A stretch of DNA of 63,499 nucleotides, the filler included, from Bigelowiella natans CCMP2755 (taxonomy: Eukaryota; Protista; Cercozoa), in the NCBI GenBank assembly GCA_000320545.1. It is 6 parts of 6 records of this genome, joined end to end, with 100 filler letters (N's around TTAATTAATTAA, not from the genome) between each part and the next. Parts side by side here need not be neighbours in the genome. Positions count along the whole stretch, not along the records: positions 39,811 to 63,499 come from ADNK01002597.1; 5 more parts are not named here. One strand, 5' to 3'. Of this stretch, positions 48,752 through 61,709 are shown piece by piece. The notes beneath the pieces are model-generated. The model worked only from the letters and a program-made list of their open reading frames with translations, did not search any database and was not told the origin of the DNA. Position 1 is the first letter of the stretch; every line of letters begins with the position of its first letter. The position numbers and the translations under genes were made by a program.

Positions 48752-48801
48752 ATGAAGCTCATAGGCCTAAAATTGAAAGTCGAAAAGACCTATCTGCTGA
48801 G
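48752..48801 (+). promoter_or_regulatory. Putative type II SECIS element
   Basis: Core AUGAA(48752)...UGAG(48798); 12-nt helix II GCUCAUAGGCCU/AGACCUAUCUGC (9 of 12 pairs); unpaired AAAA at 48769; apical mini-stem UUGA-AAG-UCGA. Helix I is weak by eye. Confidence 0.72.
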
Positions 48802-49976
48802 GAACACTTGGATCATCAATTTCGTCATTTATTCTTGAAAATTACTAAAAATAAATAAAGAGTAAATTGGCAGAAACTGCGATCATTATTCTTGCCATGA
48901 CATATCAGAGCTAGTTTTCACATTGCTAGATTGGCGTCATGCAAATGGTTTCCCTTGCTAGCTTGCTACTCTTAATAATCGTGAAGGAAAATGACAATGG
49001 TCTTTGTCATGTCTAGATGTCTAGCTAGCTAGATGTGCTAGTCTAGTAGTCTGTCTCGTCTAGTGACGAAACCAGTTGGTAGCAGTTGCCATGCTATGAG
49101 CATGCTAGCATGTCTAGGTTTGCGCGAGCGCGGTCTAGCGGTTTGCACATTCCTTCCGTATATAAGAGCCTAGCTAGCTAGCTAGTCTCACGGTAGCCTT
49201 CCATGTTGTCGACCTTTGTTGTTGCAGATGCTACCTAGCTACGCTAATACGTGGACATTGCCTAGCTAGCTAGATCTAGAGAGCGTGCCAGACGCGCATG
49301 ATGGTAGCTAGCTAGCTAGAGCTAGGTAAATGAACTATAGAACAAAACAGACGCGGTGGCATTTTGTGAGTTGACTTGCATGTGCCACATTATCTCCATT
49401 CACTACGTGTCGCAGTGCATGCATCGCACTGTAGGGTGTGTGGTGCATAGCGGGCTCTCATGCATGACTAGACTAGTAGATGGCTTAGATGGGGCTGCAA
49501 TGACAGCACAGAGCAGGAAAAAGGTGGAATCGTTTCCATGGAACAGTAGTGTCACGTGCGTGTAGAATTGAAAAAACCTTTTTTGTGTGCTCATCTCATC
49601 TCATATTGTCCCACCATTAAGACATCTAGACATGTCTAGATGTGTACGTACATGGCATGTACATGGCACGACGGCGTCGTTTTGATCATGGCCCAATAAT
49701 GACCTGCACGTGAAAATTTTACAGGGATGATCGATGCAGGCTGCTACTTCCTCCAGGATGGTTTCTATTGTGAATGTTAATTTTTCTCAAGAGAAAGGAA
49801 GAACAAATAATTTTAGGATGAAATAAAGAAATAGACAAGGAACGAGAAGCGTTGAAAGAACTCAGTTTAACGAGCTATACTCTCTAAACACTCTACACAG
49901 CTTGGAACCTTCTTTTTCTTTCCCGGAAGGTCAAGATCAGACAAATTTCCAAGTACTTTGTCAGCCATTTTGTCGC

Positions 49977-50350
49977 TTAATTTGTCCCTGAGTTAGCATT
50001 ATAAGTCCTACCAGAAAGCTTGTAGTTTGGGAAATGTATCATATGCTACGATACCTTTCCGTTTTGCTGGAGGGCATCCAGGTTCGCACAGTTCCCCCAG
50101 ATGCTTTCTTGTTCAAAGGAACACCCTCCTTCGGTCCTTTCTTGTCACTAGGTGGTTCATTGCTACTTGAAACTGTCATCGAGGTTCCATTCAAGCTATT
50201 AAGTCCGCCAGAAACCGAGTGAGTCTGCCATAAGATTGAGACTTGATCATCTGATATCCCCTGAGTGTGCTATCTCGGTTAAGCATAATCAACCTTTTTG
50301 CCAAACTTCGCCGCAGCCAGCTTCGACACCGACCCTCCACTCTCAGCCAT
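49977..50350 (-). CDS. Small hypothetical protein (about 3 exons)
   Basis: AAAATGG start context; MAESGGSVSKLAAAKFGKK | GISDDQVSILWQTHS..GGTVRTWMPSSKTE | RTYNANSGTN*, with phase-compatible GT-AG introns. Confidence 0.45.
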
Positions 50351-50929
50351 TTTTGTTTGGGTTAAGCGAAATACGTTTTTTTTTTGCTCGGAGGCGCGTG
50401 TGAGTTGGGTTTTTCATCTCACGGAAACTGAGCGAACTTTTATTTTAAATTGCCTTTTAAATTAGCGGGAAAAAGTCGGTACGAGCTACCTGTAGATCTA
50501 CGAGAGTACCAGCGAAATGATGACCAAATTTGAATTGAAAGAAGTTTTTTGCAATCGGTGAATAATGGGCATGCCGCACCAGAAGAATGCAGACCATTTT
50601 ACGTATCAAACTTTATTTTCCTGCCGACGTAGTCATGTTCTCCTTTTTTTGATATAAAACAAGCTGCTATCGCCGAAAACTAAGTTGCGACATCGTTTTT
50701 TTTATCACAAACGGTGGGTAACCCCCTTTAACTTAGCATCTCGAGGGCGCCTCAAGGAGCCACAAAAAAGAAGAAACAGTGCGCCCCCCCCACAAAAAGC
50801 CCCCCCAAAAACAGATCGGCATGGGTACGTGGTGTTTTTGTTGTCAATAAATTCATTTTACACATGCAGGAGACAACTGGCATGACGTAATCTATGTGAT
50901 ACTTTCCTGTAATCCTCTCACTCATACAG

Positions 50930-51956
50930 GTAACCTGGCCGCTATACTCGAGCGGAAGCGGGACAGAGCGACGTATCTTTGCCCACTGCCAGATCAGATT
51001 GTCTATGATGTCTTCTGCTTTTTGAGCACGGCGGAACTTCTGCGGGCAATCGGTATGTGGGAGATATATGGCATCCCAAGGTATGTATGAACAACTCCAT
51101 AGAGCACATATGAGCACACTACCACAACAATAATTCACTCAAATATCACACATTAACGCATACACAAATTTTGTAACCTTCCTACTGCATTGTAACACTT
51201 TCACCTTCAATGTCCAGGCCAAATCTACCAATGGAATTTCCTGCAAAGCTAAACTCAGGGTAGCGTCAGCAAGATAACTCTCTGATCTATTTCGATGGAG
51301 AAACTTATCTGTTCTTCGGGACATTTTGTTTCTGTCTACTTACCCATCAGGGCCGAACTTGCACAGCATATCTTATCAAAATCACGAGGAGGATCGGTAT
51401 CACAAGTAGCAAACGAATATCTACGTATGCGTTATGTGAATTGACAAAGAATCATCATTACCACTCGAACAACGCTTTTACTTTTGCTTTCTGTGGCGAA
51501 AACCTTTCCCGGCCATATGTGAGCGAGCATCAAGTGCGCACGGGCATACCTGTACATTTGGGAGTATGATTACATGTGTTATGTAGATCTTGGTATCCGA
51601 GAAATTACAAACCCCCTCTATTAACCCTTCCATCATCACTCCATGAGACTGATGAATCATCTGAAACAGGGCGGGGTTCGACGGCCGATCACCAGGCATT
51701 TCTCACGTATTTCACAGCAACTCAGTGACTGCTCATCAGAGAACATAAGGATACTCAAAAAGCATCTGAAGAAGTCATCGTCTCCTGGGTGCATCGCAGA
51801 GGCAGCAGCCATCTTTAGAATTTTAGAGAACTCAGATCCCGAAAACTACCGCTACAAATTCCCCAAGATAAGCAGCTCAATCTTCGAGCGGTTAGTTAAC
51901 TACCGCTCCAGTTCCACTAATACTGAGAGTCAGGTAACACTATTTCACGCTCGCGA

Positions 51957-52010
<54 letters not shown>

Positions 52011-52656
52011 CGATAAGAGTTGGCGCAGTGCGTGATCCTCACCCAACACGATTCGTTCATTAATCCTCTTCGAATTTACCATAGACCTACACCTACTCAT
52101 TGATTCGAGTAGTGCTGGATAATGAAAAGAACCGTAAGCGCCTCACCAGTATCAAGGAAATTGACAACTATGTGAGAAAGCTCACGAAACTGTGTAGCAG
52201 GTTCACCGTGGCTTCACAAACAGCAAAACTAGCATCCAGCAATATAACTACCGCATTGACCTTCCCTTGCGACATGTCCACCACCTCAACGCCTCCCCAC
52301 GGCGAGGAGAGGATGGATTTCTCTACACCAGAAGAGCAGTTTTATGAAGCAGCACAGCAAGTTCGTGGCAACCTACCTCGCTCGGCCTCCTTATCCCCAA
52401 GCCCTAGCTTCTCTGCGGATGCTCGGCGAATAAAAGACTCATCTAATGCAGCGACCCGTGACTCTTCCTTCTATTCCACAAAGTCCTCCTCCACCTACTC
52501 CTCGTCTTCATCTTCGTCTTCATCTTCGTCTTCTCCTTCTGGCTTTGATGGAAAAAGCAGCATCGTAGGGGCGATGGAGGTGATGATGTTCAGAACGACA
52601 CCTTCATGTTCAACTTAGCCATCACTGCAGTGCAACGTGCGAGCGTGCGCGCGCGC

Positions 52657-52693
<37 letters not shown>

Positions 52694-53584
52694 ATACACT
52701 ATGGTTAGATCGAAAGTATGGACAGCAGCGAACACTGCCACCAGCTACGATCGATGATGGTGCAGCAGAACGGCATCGTAAAGACGACGTCTTCCCCCCC
52801 CAAACTGCACTTGCGCCACACGGAGCTAAAAACGCACTTTGCCACGGATCCTTGCACCAGAGATAGATGTTGGAATGGGGGGGGGAGGGGGAGTGTTGAT
52901 GAGAAGCAGAAGAAAATGAGGAGCGGAGGCGAAATTTATAATAAGAAGAAGAGAAGTCTGCACCATTTCTGGGATGAGGGTGAAGAGGGGGAAGAGGTGG
53001 GGAGAACGATATCGAACAAATACATAACGAAAGAACAAGAATGGAGGGAGGAGAAGGCAAATGCTTTGAGATGGAAGGCCTCAATGCCAAGGAACGATGG
53101 ATTACAGCAGAAATCAATGAGATGCTCTCGCTGCTCACAACTATCTCGAGGCCATTTTGCATAAAAGACGGAGACTCAACAGTGAGGTGATGATATTTGT
53201 ATGGTTGTGGCCGTAGTTGTGGTGTGAGAGAGCCTCCGTGGGAGCTGTGATCTAGAATGTTTATGAAAGAGAAAGAAGTAGTTTTCCTCTTCCCATAATG
53301 GTAATGAACACTAGCATGGATTCTGGTCGGATCTGAATAAAACGATGGGGAAACTGCCACAGGACAGAATCCGTCGTTGTTTATCGTTATTATCATTATT
53401 GTTGTATTATTATAGCTGTCATAGTTTTTCACTCATGCTCTGTACTCCTACTACCTCAGTCTTGGTTCATCCCAAAACACTCTGCTATGCTACGTCGCAT
53501 CGAAAGAAGAATTAAAAGACGCTCTCATAGGTTCTTACCTATACTATATATGTGTGTACGTATGTGTGGGCATTTGTATCTCTC

Positions 53585-53629
<45 letters not shown>

Positions 53630-53651
53630 CCCCCCCCTTCACACACGCACA

Positions 53652-53691
<40 letters not shown>

Positions 53692-54716
53692 TATTCCACA
53701 TATCAAGAGCTGTGCGATGGGATAGAGGAAGGACCGCATGAGCTCCAGAAGCACATCATGTGGTAGTAGACACAACTCTCAGTAGTTTTTGCTTCTAAAT
53801 CATCGATTCAACGATGCCTGGCAGGACGTAGCGATTAGTTGCACAGTAAAAACACAACTAAAAATTAAATTTATCTTCCGCGCATGCATACTACTGCGGC
53901 TAGATACCCTCCTCCTCCTCCTCCTCCTCCTCCTCCTCCTCCTCCTTCTCATCCCTACTATCATTCTCTCCTTCGCAGGCTGCTAGTTAACATCTCGATC
54001 GACCTCGGAGGAGCAGAGTTCATCAGCCAGGCTCTTCTACCTCGTTTTCAGCATCTTCGGGAAATTACATTTCAGACTTCTAAGAGGTACGATGGAAGTA
54101 AAGGGGGTTCAGCATTAAGCATATGCGTGCTACGTGCGTGTATGCGCGTTGTGTGTGTGTTTGTGTGCGTGTGTGTGTGTGTGTATGTGTTTATGTGTGT
54201 TGTGTGTGCATGTGCGCGCGCAAATTTATGTTTTATTTGGTGGGAGCAAATGTTTGTACTTGTGAACATGCTTTCTACTTGCTATAGCTGGCCTCAGGAT
54301 TAGCATCTTAAAAAACTAGCAGCTTCTCTGCGCATTTTTCCAACATACATGCCCCCCCATTGCTCTTTCCCGCTCCTCTTCCTCCTCCTCATCTAGGATG
54401 TTAATGCTGGCCAGCAACTTGTGCTATCACACTTTAGAGAAAGATAAGCACATTAGACAGATGATCGGTCGGATACTGGTTCTTTGCTCTCCCCCACCTG
54501 AGGATCCTGTCGCGTAAGTGCCTGCTGTTTTAAAGAGGGAGGAGAGAAGGGGGGGGCAAATTTTCTTGCTGTTAGCACATTTTAATACACGCTAGAAGGC
54601 AACATTTAATTTCCTGAGGCAGTGTTAATCACGAAATAACTTTCTCCTTTTGATTTTTTGATTTTGATTAGCTCGAAATGCTACCAAAACGTGCTGATGG
54701 CTATGAAAATGTGTGA
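50930..54716 (+). CDS. F-box-like domain protein, multi-exon; ends approximate
   Basis: N-terminal LCPLPDQIVYDVFCFLSTAELLRAI fits the F-box consensus LPxEIxxxIFxxLxxxDL. Later exons include LRR-like LPRFQHLREITF and CSPHLRILS. Confidence 0.55.
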
Positions 54717-55551
54717 GCAGTTTGAGTAAGAACCGCAGATACAGCACACACTGATGTTAATTATCGGTGGTTGATCGTCTTCTCTTCTTCATCAAAGACA
54801 TCATGGAATGCAAATGTCATTAAAGTGATTACGGTTTGCCTAGCGCTTCGCTGTACAGATAAATTCATACTCGTACGAATAGATCATGTGTTGAAAACAT
54901 ATATGCGCGCATCAGTCGTACAGACTATGTACACATCTTCGCTACACTCTCGTGCACCTGGACGATGGCGGTCACTGCAAGCTGAGCATATAAGCTAGTA
55001 AGACGGATGTAACGAAATGTCTAAATTTTTCCAATTGTCATCCTAATGTAGCTGTGCAATGCAGCTGAGCATACTAGCATATAAGTAGACAAGCATGTAA
55101 GACGGATGTAGTTAATCAATTAAATAATTTGTTCAATTGTAAAGGTGACAATGAGGCGTCTCGCTTGTTCATTGTTGTGCATGTATCTGCACATCCTGCG
55201 ATGCTGAACTGTTTTGGAAAAGTAACAAAATATAATGACAAATGCCAGAGCAAGCTAATGTAACACGGCACAGCAGGCGTAGGCGCGCTGTACGCCCATC
55301 TAGCCATGCATGTTAGTGTTTCTGATGTGGTTTTTCTAGTTTTGCATCATCATTTTGCATTGTTACTCATGTAGGTGTTTATGTACGTATAAAGATGCAC
55401 ATGCATCATGCGCTAAACCTCATGAACTTTCGTGTTGTGCGCATGTACATGCTATGTTTTACACATAGGATGATGTTGCAACGGCCCAAATTTCCGCAAA
55501 GCTACGCTCGCACATATCTACCAAATTACATTCAATCATGCCAGCATGTCA

Positions 55552-56547
55552 TTATTCTTTTTCTACAAGAGCAATCTTTTCGTTCAGTGCAGCTATGTGT
55601 TCGGGAAATATTCCGCAACAACCACCAACGATTGTCGCACCGTCCTGAATCCAGTCCATGGCTACTTCAGCATAAGACTCCGGGCCGCAATCATTGTAGC
55701 TATCTTTGATTTGGGGCTCAATTGGCTTTACTTCTGTTGACTTACTACTGCTACTACCACTGCTACTGCTGCTGTCACCACCGCTGTTACTATCCATGCC
55801 ATTTGCATAACCCCCGACTTGAATGGACGGTGGAAGACATTCGCGAAGCTTTGGAATGACATTCGTGGTAGCCTCGATAGAAGAACAATTCACCAACACC
55901 GCTTCGACCCCATTAATATCCCGACATGCTTCTGCTGCTATGGAGATGTCCTCCCCCGATCTCAGGCTGCAGTCGGCTTCCTCAGAAAGCGTAAAAGATA
56001 CCCACACCGGAAGGCCCGTTTCCACTCCAGCGGATGCAGCGGCCGTACCCTCGCGCACGGAAGCCATTGTCTCACATAACAGCACGTCACAGTAAGGCGC
56101 TATGGCGGTGGCAATATCTTTATACTCCTGATAAAGTTCGTCATCTGAGTGCTTTGTGTCTACGCGGTAGGACGGTCCAAGGGGGGGGAGACATCCTGCC
56201 ACTTTTACGGTTCTGTCGGTGCTCTCTGCAGCTTCTCGAGCGATCCTTCCCGCCGCCGATATATACTCGATCATTTTTTCCCGTGTAAATATATCTCTGC
56301 TGCCCTCTTGGCCAGCGAGGGAGAGACAGTGAGGCACACAGGCATAGTTGTTGGTTGTAATGTACTCCGCTCCGGCTTCAATGTATGCAAGATGCGCCCT
56401 CTTCACGAGCTCAGGCCGTGATAGGTTGGCCAAAGCTACTCCTAGAAATCTCTCCGAGGAACCAAAAGGGCCCGATATGCGCATGCCAAGCCTCCTGAGC
56501 AGGTGGCCCATACCCCCATCGAGCAACAGCGTGTGACGAGCTGCCAT
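55552..56547 (-). CDS. Homocysteine S-methyltransferase family protein (HMT/BHMT/SMT), intronless
   Basis: 331-aa ORF with LLDGGMG, ITTNNY, VAGCLPPLGPSYR, LLCETMAS, PVWVSFTL, and Zn-ligand motifs VNCS and VGGCCG..PEHIAAL. Confidence 0.95.
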   Translation of the reverse strand: MAARHTLLLDGGMGHLLRRLGMRISGPFGSSERFLGVALANLSRPELVKRAHLAYIEAGAEYITTNNYACVPHCLSLAGQEGSRDIFTREKMIEYISAAGRIAREAAESTDRTVKVAGCLPPLGPSYRVDTKHSDDELYQEYKDIATAIAPYCDVLLCETMASVREGTAAASAGVETGLPVWVSFTLSEEADCSLRSGEDISIAAEACRDINGVEAVLVNCSSIEATTNVIPKLRECLPPSIQVGGYANGMDSNSGGDSSSSSGSSSSKSTEVKPIEPQIKDSYNDCGPESYAEVAMDWIQDGATIVGGCCGIFPEHIAALNEKIALVEKE

Positions 56548-57511
56548 TGTCTACTGGATCCAGAGACAACCTACGATGTCTCTCTGTTTTTGTTCAGCCA
56601 TACACAAAATAGAGGCCGTTTTGGTCTGAATTGACGTGAATTTCATTGCAGCACCTGGCTGAAACCCTTCTTGCACACAAAAGTGCTTCGACGACGGCAA
56701 ATGAGGTCTTCTTCATCTTGGTCTTGCATGGTCATGGTGCCTCTGCGAGCTGTGCTGTGTTATCTGTGTTCGTGCGAATTGTGAGAGAGTCGTTTCGGTC
56801 TACACCAGGTTGAGTCTGACAGGCAATTTCGCCTCTAAGTGTCCACGCACAACTTCGGCTAGTCGGGCTGAGCCGTTGCAGCGTGCAGCGTCTAGAGCGT
56901 GTGCACATGCAGTCGGCTGCAGCAGGGACCCAGGCCACGCAGTCGCTGGACTGACTGCACCTCTGCACACAAATGCAATTGGAAGTGTTCGCGGCTCAAC
57001 TGCCCCAGTCTAGCAGTGTGCCACACTCGCATCACAGTGAGCACTGGCCTGTTAGATTGTGCAGATTGGGGAGAAAAGTGACACCCACCAATTTCTCTCA
57101 TGCATTGCTTTGTCTTTGTGTAGCTGTCAAGTATATACAAGCAGCCTTTTTTTGCAACGTCTGCACAAAGGTGCGCGTGGCAACATGTTTGTGCCATAGT
57201 GCAACACATGCCATGTCTTTGTCATGTCGCCACATCTGGACGTGTCTAGTGCGTGCGTGGCTAGATGGCTGTGTCATGAATCCCGGTGTCATGTTGGTGG
57301 GATGCGGCTACGTCCTGTGCAAGATTTTAGACGCATACGAGCAGACGACTAGCACTGCTATTGCTGCATCCTTCATGCAGGGATCGTGCGTCTCGATGTT
57401 ACGTGTGACATTTGTTAGACAAGAAAGCTTTAAAACAATGCCCATCAAGGATTAAGGATTTAAGACCCTTTCCCTCCCATCCCCCAGCCGAGCTCGTTCT
57501 GCACGAGCCTG

Positions 57512-58832
57512 TTAATGTGCACGGCGGGGTTGGGACACGCTGTTTGTGGTCACTCTTGAGTGCAGCAGAGATCCTTTCATACTGCTGCCATTCTGTACAC
57601 CCTGCCGGTTGTTTACATACACAGCATCGCGGACAGCTGCCGCGCACGCTTCTATAGTGGACGTGAACGTCTCCTTGTCCTGCCCAGTGAGGCCATACTC
57701 AGAAGCAACGTTTTTGCCATTCTTCGAGGAGCTGGATGCAGGGGCGCCGAGGCGATTTCTATCACCATTGCTGCCGCTGCTGCGTAGGTTCCCAACACCG
57801 CTCCCAATATTAGTTTTCGCAGGCGTCATCGTCGCCTTTCTTTCGCCCTTGCTACTGTTATCAGCTCCGTCCTTCCCTTTCTTCTCAGGAGGATTGGGCT
57901 TCATTTTCACGAATCTCCCCCCGACGCGCGGCCGACGATCCGCAAAGCGCTTCCGGCAGGCGTAGCGAATGACCTGTTTCATGTTGAATTATTTACAGTT
58001 ACATAAGCATTTGCGCTGTGACTAAAGAGAAAGAAGAGAGAGCGCGCTATGCGGAGAAAACCGGAGGGGGGGGGGATTTCGAATTGAAATGTGTAAGGGA
58101 GCATAGGGAGCATAAGCACGTTGCTGCTTGCTTCGTAGAGGTGAAGGGCAATCACCAATTGTATGACCTTCCGAAACTTCCGGCTCTTTTTCTTTGCTAA
58201 ATATCTCCGGATTATCTGCGCCTTTTCTTCCTTGTTGTAAATGTGAATTTGGCCTGGCTGCAGATTCGACAACCCCGTATTGAAGCCATGCATGGCGTTT
58301 TGGTGCACAGGATGGGGGGGCAGCGCGGCGTGCCTTCTACGTGTCTCGATCTCTTGCAGCTGCTTGGGAGTTAACCGGTAGCTGCATAGAGAGGTAGGAA
58401 GAGAGGGGGGAGGGGGGGGGGGGGCACATAGAATTGATCAAACTCATGGACGGCGAAATACTTCAAAACGAGGAAAAACCGAACACTCTCCATGAAAGTT
58501 AGAACAGCATCGACGACTTTTGAGTTTCTGTTTGTAGGTCCTTAACGACGACGACGACGACGACCAAAGGGCGGTCGTCGCCGGACGTACGTCGTACGTC
58601 CCAAAAGTAGTCGATGAGGGTACTTTTGAAGGCCGTTTCGGCAGCCCGTCTGTGTGCAGACGTCTGCACTGCTCCGGTGCTGACATCGCTCGTTTATGCA
58701 GCGAAATCATACTCAAAGACGCTGCTCAGTTATGATGGGAAAGAAGAATTGTACCGGCTAGCAAGCGCTTGCGCTGCCGCTCTTTGCGCACTTGCGACTG
58801 CGGCAGCGAGATCTGTACTCTTTATCAAAGAC

Positions 58833-58863
<31 letters not shown>

Positions 58864-61666
58864 GCAAGTTCGGCCTGTCCTGGTGCTGCAACGACTTAGG
58901 TAGCTGCTTCTGATTTTGTGAGGTAGATGACGGGCGAAGACTCACGGGATATCGATTCCAGAACTGCTGACGCTGCTGCTGTTGCTGGAAGAGAAAGGCG
59001 AAGTGCTTCTCCCTCTGCTGCCGCTGCTGAGCCTGGTGAGCGAGTGTTGCTGCAGTAGTATTTGTAGTTGTTGTTGTTGTAGATGAGGATGATGGGGTCG
59101 TTGGTGTTGTTGTTGATGACGAGGCTAGCATACGGTTTGGGGTGGTGGTTGAGCTGGGGAGTGAGGAGACGGGAGAAAGATACCCGCTGCTGCTGCTGCT
59201 ACTCAGATTTTTGTCAGCCGTCGTGTTGATATTTGTGGTGGTGTTTGATCTCCTGGGGCTCATCATTGCTTGGCCTTGATTGCTGTAAAATTGCGGCTGG
59301 TGTTGCTTACTATTAACACTATTATTATTATCCGGTTGATGAAGCAGCTCAGATGAGGTTGCAAATGGGTCGAGGATGGATAAGTCAACTGATGGCTGTC
59401 GCGGTGTGCCGCCTAGTTTGTGATGAGGGGCAAGGGGGGCAAGGGGGGCAAGGGGAAGGGCAAGGGGGGCAAAATGATTAGACAAATGATTTATCTGATG
59501 TGTAAGCTGTGGAGGAGAAATAAGATCCCAAACACCCACTCACCCACACACACACACACACACACACAAATACGCTCTCTCTGAGAGGAGCAATCAGGGA
59601 CGAACGCATAGGTTTCATCAAAATGAAACCATGGCACACCGTCGTATCCTCCCTCTCCGCCCGCTACACCCAAGCTAGAGATCATGCATCAGCTCATGTA
59701 CCGTTACTTTGCTGTTGATGTGTAACGGCCCCGATGTGATTCTGCTGCTGGTGGTGGTGGTGGAGCTCCTGTCGCCTCTGTTGCACTCGCCTTTGCTGTT
59801 GTTGTTGTTCTTGCTGCTGCTGCTGGTTTATGTGCATTAAAGGCCTGGAGGTAGCGAGGGTCTGCTGAGGTGTTGATAATTCACTACCGTGTCTTTTCTT
59901 CAATGATGCACCTCCTCCTCTCCCATTGCTCACCCGTTGGCGTGCGGCAACATGAGGGGGCGGCGACGAAGACGACGAAGACGCCGCAGCAGCTATTTGA
60001 TTGATGGGGTTGTGGTGGAGGGAGGAGGAAGAGGGGGAGTCCTTGTCGAGGAATGATTCGGGGGCTCGAGCATCAGTGGGTATTCTGAATTGACGCCTCT
60101 GCCGTTGTTGCTGGAACGGCTTCTGCTGCTGTGGATTGTGGCCATGGGCGGAGGAGGTGCGGTTGTGGCGAAATGATGGGGAACTGTCAGTGCTGAGGCC
60201 GATGCTGTCCACGCGACGGCTGCCGGGCAGAATCTGAGGATTGGTCGTTGTGAAGTCCGCCAGCATGCTTGACACCGCTGATGGATGGGAATAACAATAA
60301 TTATATTGGGGAGGAGGGGAGGAGGGAGGAGGAGAGAAGAGGGGGTGAGGATTAAAAGAATGACAAAGGATGACGAAAATGTTCTGATGCTGTAAGGATT
60401 GAAAGATTGGCAAAGGAGGATAAATGTGTGATGATGCTGTAAGAACATTAGCCAGAAAAAAACCGAGCACGCGTGCACACCACCACCACCACCACCACCA
60501 CCACCACCACTTTCCTTCCCCCTCAACTGATTTCTGATACGATGTCTGTTACTTCTTCATTCGATCACACCGCCCCTGCTAACCCTTCTCCTCCTAGTTT
60601 CAGGTACCATCCGTAGATGACGAAGCCGAGGCCTCGAAAAGGGGGTGGTTTTGGTCTAGAATGGGGTCCACACTAAGATGTGACGCCTGTCTCATGATTC
60701 CACTGGCGCTATCTACTCTCAGCAGGTTGCTGTCTACGCGCTGAAAGCTATAGTCGAGACTCTCCGGCACGCTCGGAATTCGAGGCTGATTTTAAATTTG
60801 AGGTAGCAAATTAAGTTTAATAGCGAATAACCCGATGGGGGAGAGGGGGGGGAGTTAATTCGCTGTTGTAGTCGTTTGGACGAGAAAATAGAGGTCTTTC
60901 TTCTCCCCCCCTCCCTCCCTCCCTCCCTCCCTCCCTCCCTTTGTCTCCCACTCTCAAACATAGCTGCTAAACAATAGGTGTTATCATCATGATAGTAAGG
61001 GAGAACAACGACCATGCCGCTTGAGTCGAGGTTGTAATTCCCGAAAATCGAGAATCCGAGGTCCTCCCCCTCGAACGACAACAAGCTCTGGTATCTCCGA
61101 GGATTCTTCTTGTTCTTCAGCGGCCCTTTAACCTTTATTATATTGAGCACACCGATATGCACAGAGAAGAATGAGGACTACCGAGGCGTGGAAACGTGCA
61201 TAATGACATGAAAATTGTGCTGAGGATCATGCTGCGCGAGGGAGACAGTCGATTTTTCGAGGTCTCATATCCCTACACCCCTTTCCCATAACCCCCCCTT
61301 TTCTCACCAGCCATTGCGAGTAGTGTCGTTTCTTCGGAAACTCGGTTTGTTCAAACACTACACAGGAATGGCGAGGATCTGCAATGATCTTTGTAACCAG
61401 CGTCTCTACCAACTTCTTCGACCCCTCGAGAATCTGATCGATAATACCAGCAAGACCACCAGCTTATCATCGATGATCCAAAATAAAAGTCAATCCTGCT
61501 TTTCTAATAATAATAGAGCCTCCCCCCCCCCCCTCCCTCCCTTCGGGCGAGAAGTAAACCAATCCCTTGTGACAAATATGATTTTCTAATCTTTTAAAAA
61601 ATCCGCGCACCTGGCGGACACGGCGTGTCTCGAAGTCATACCATAGCGCTCCTAAATATACATATA

Positions 61667-61709
<43 letters not shown>

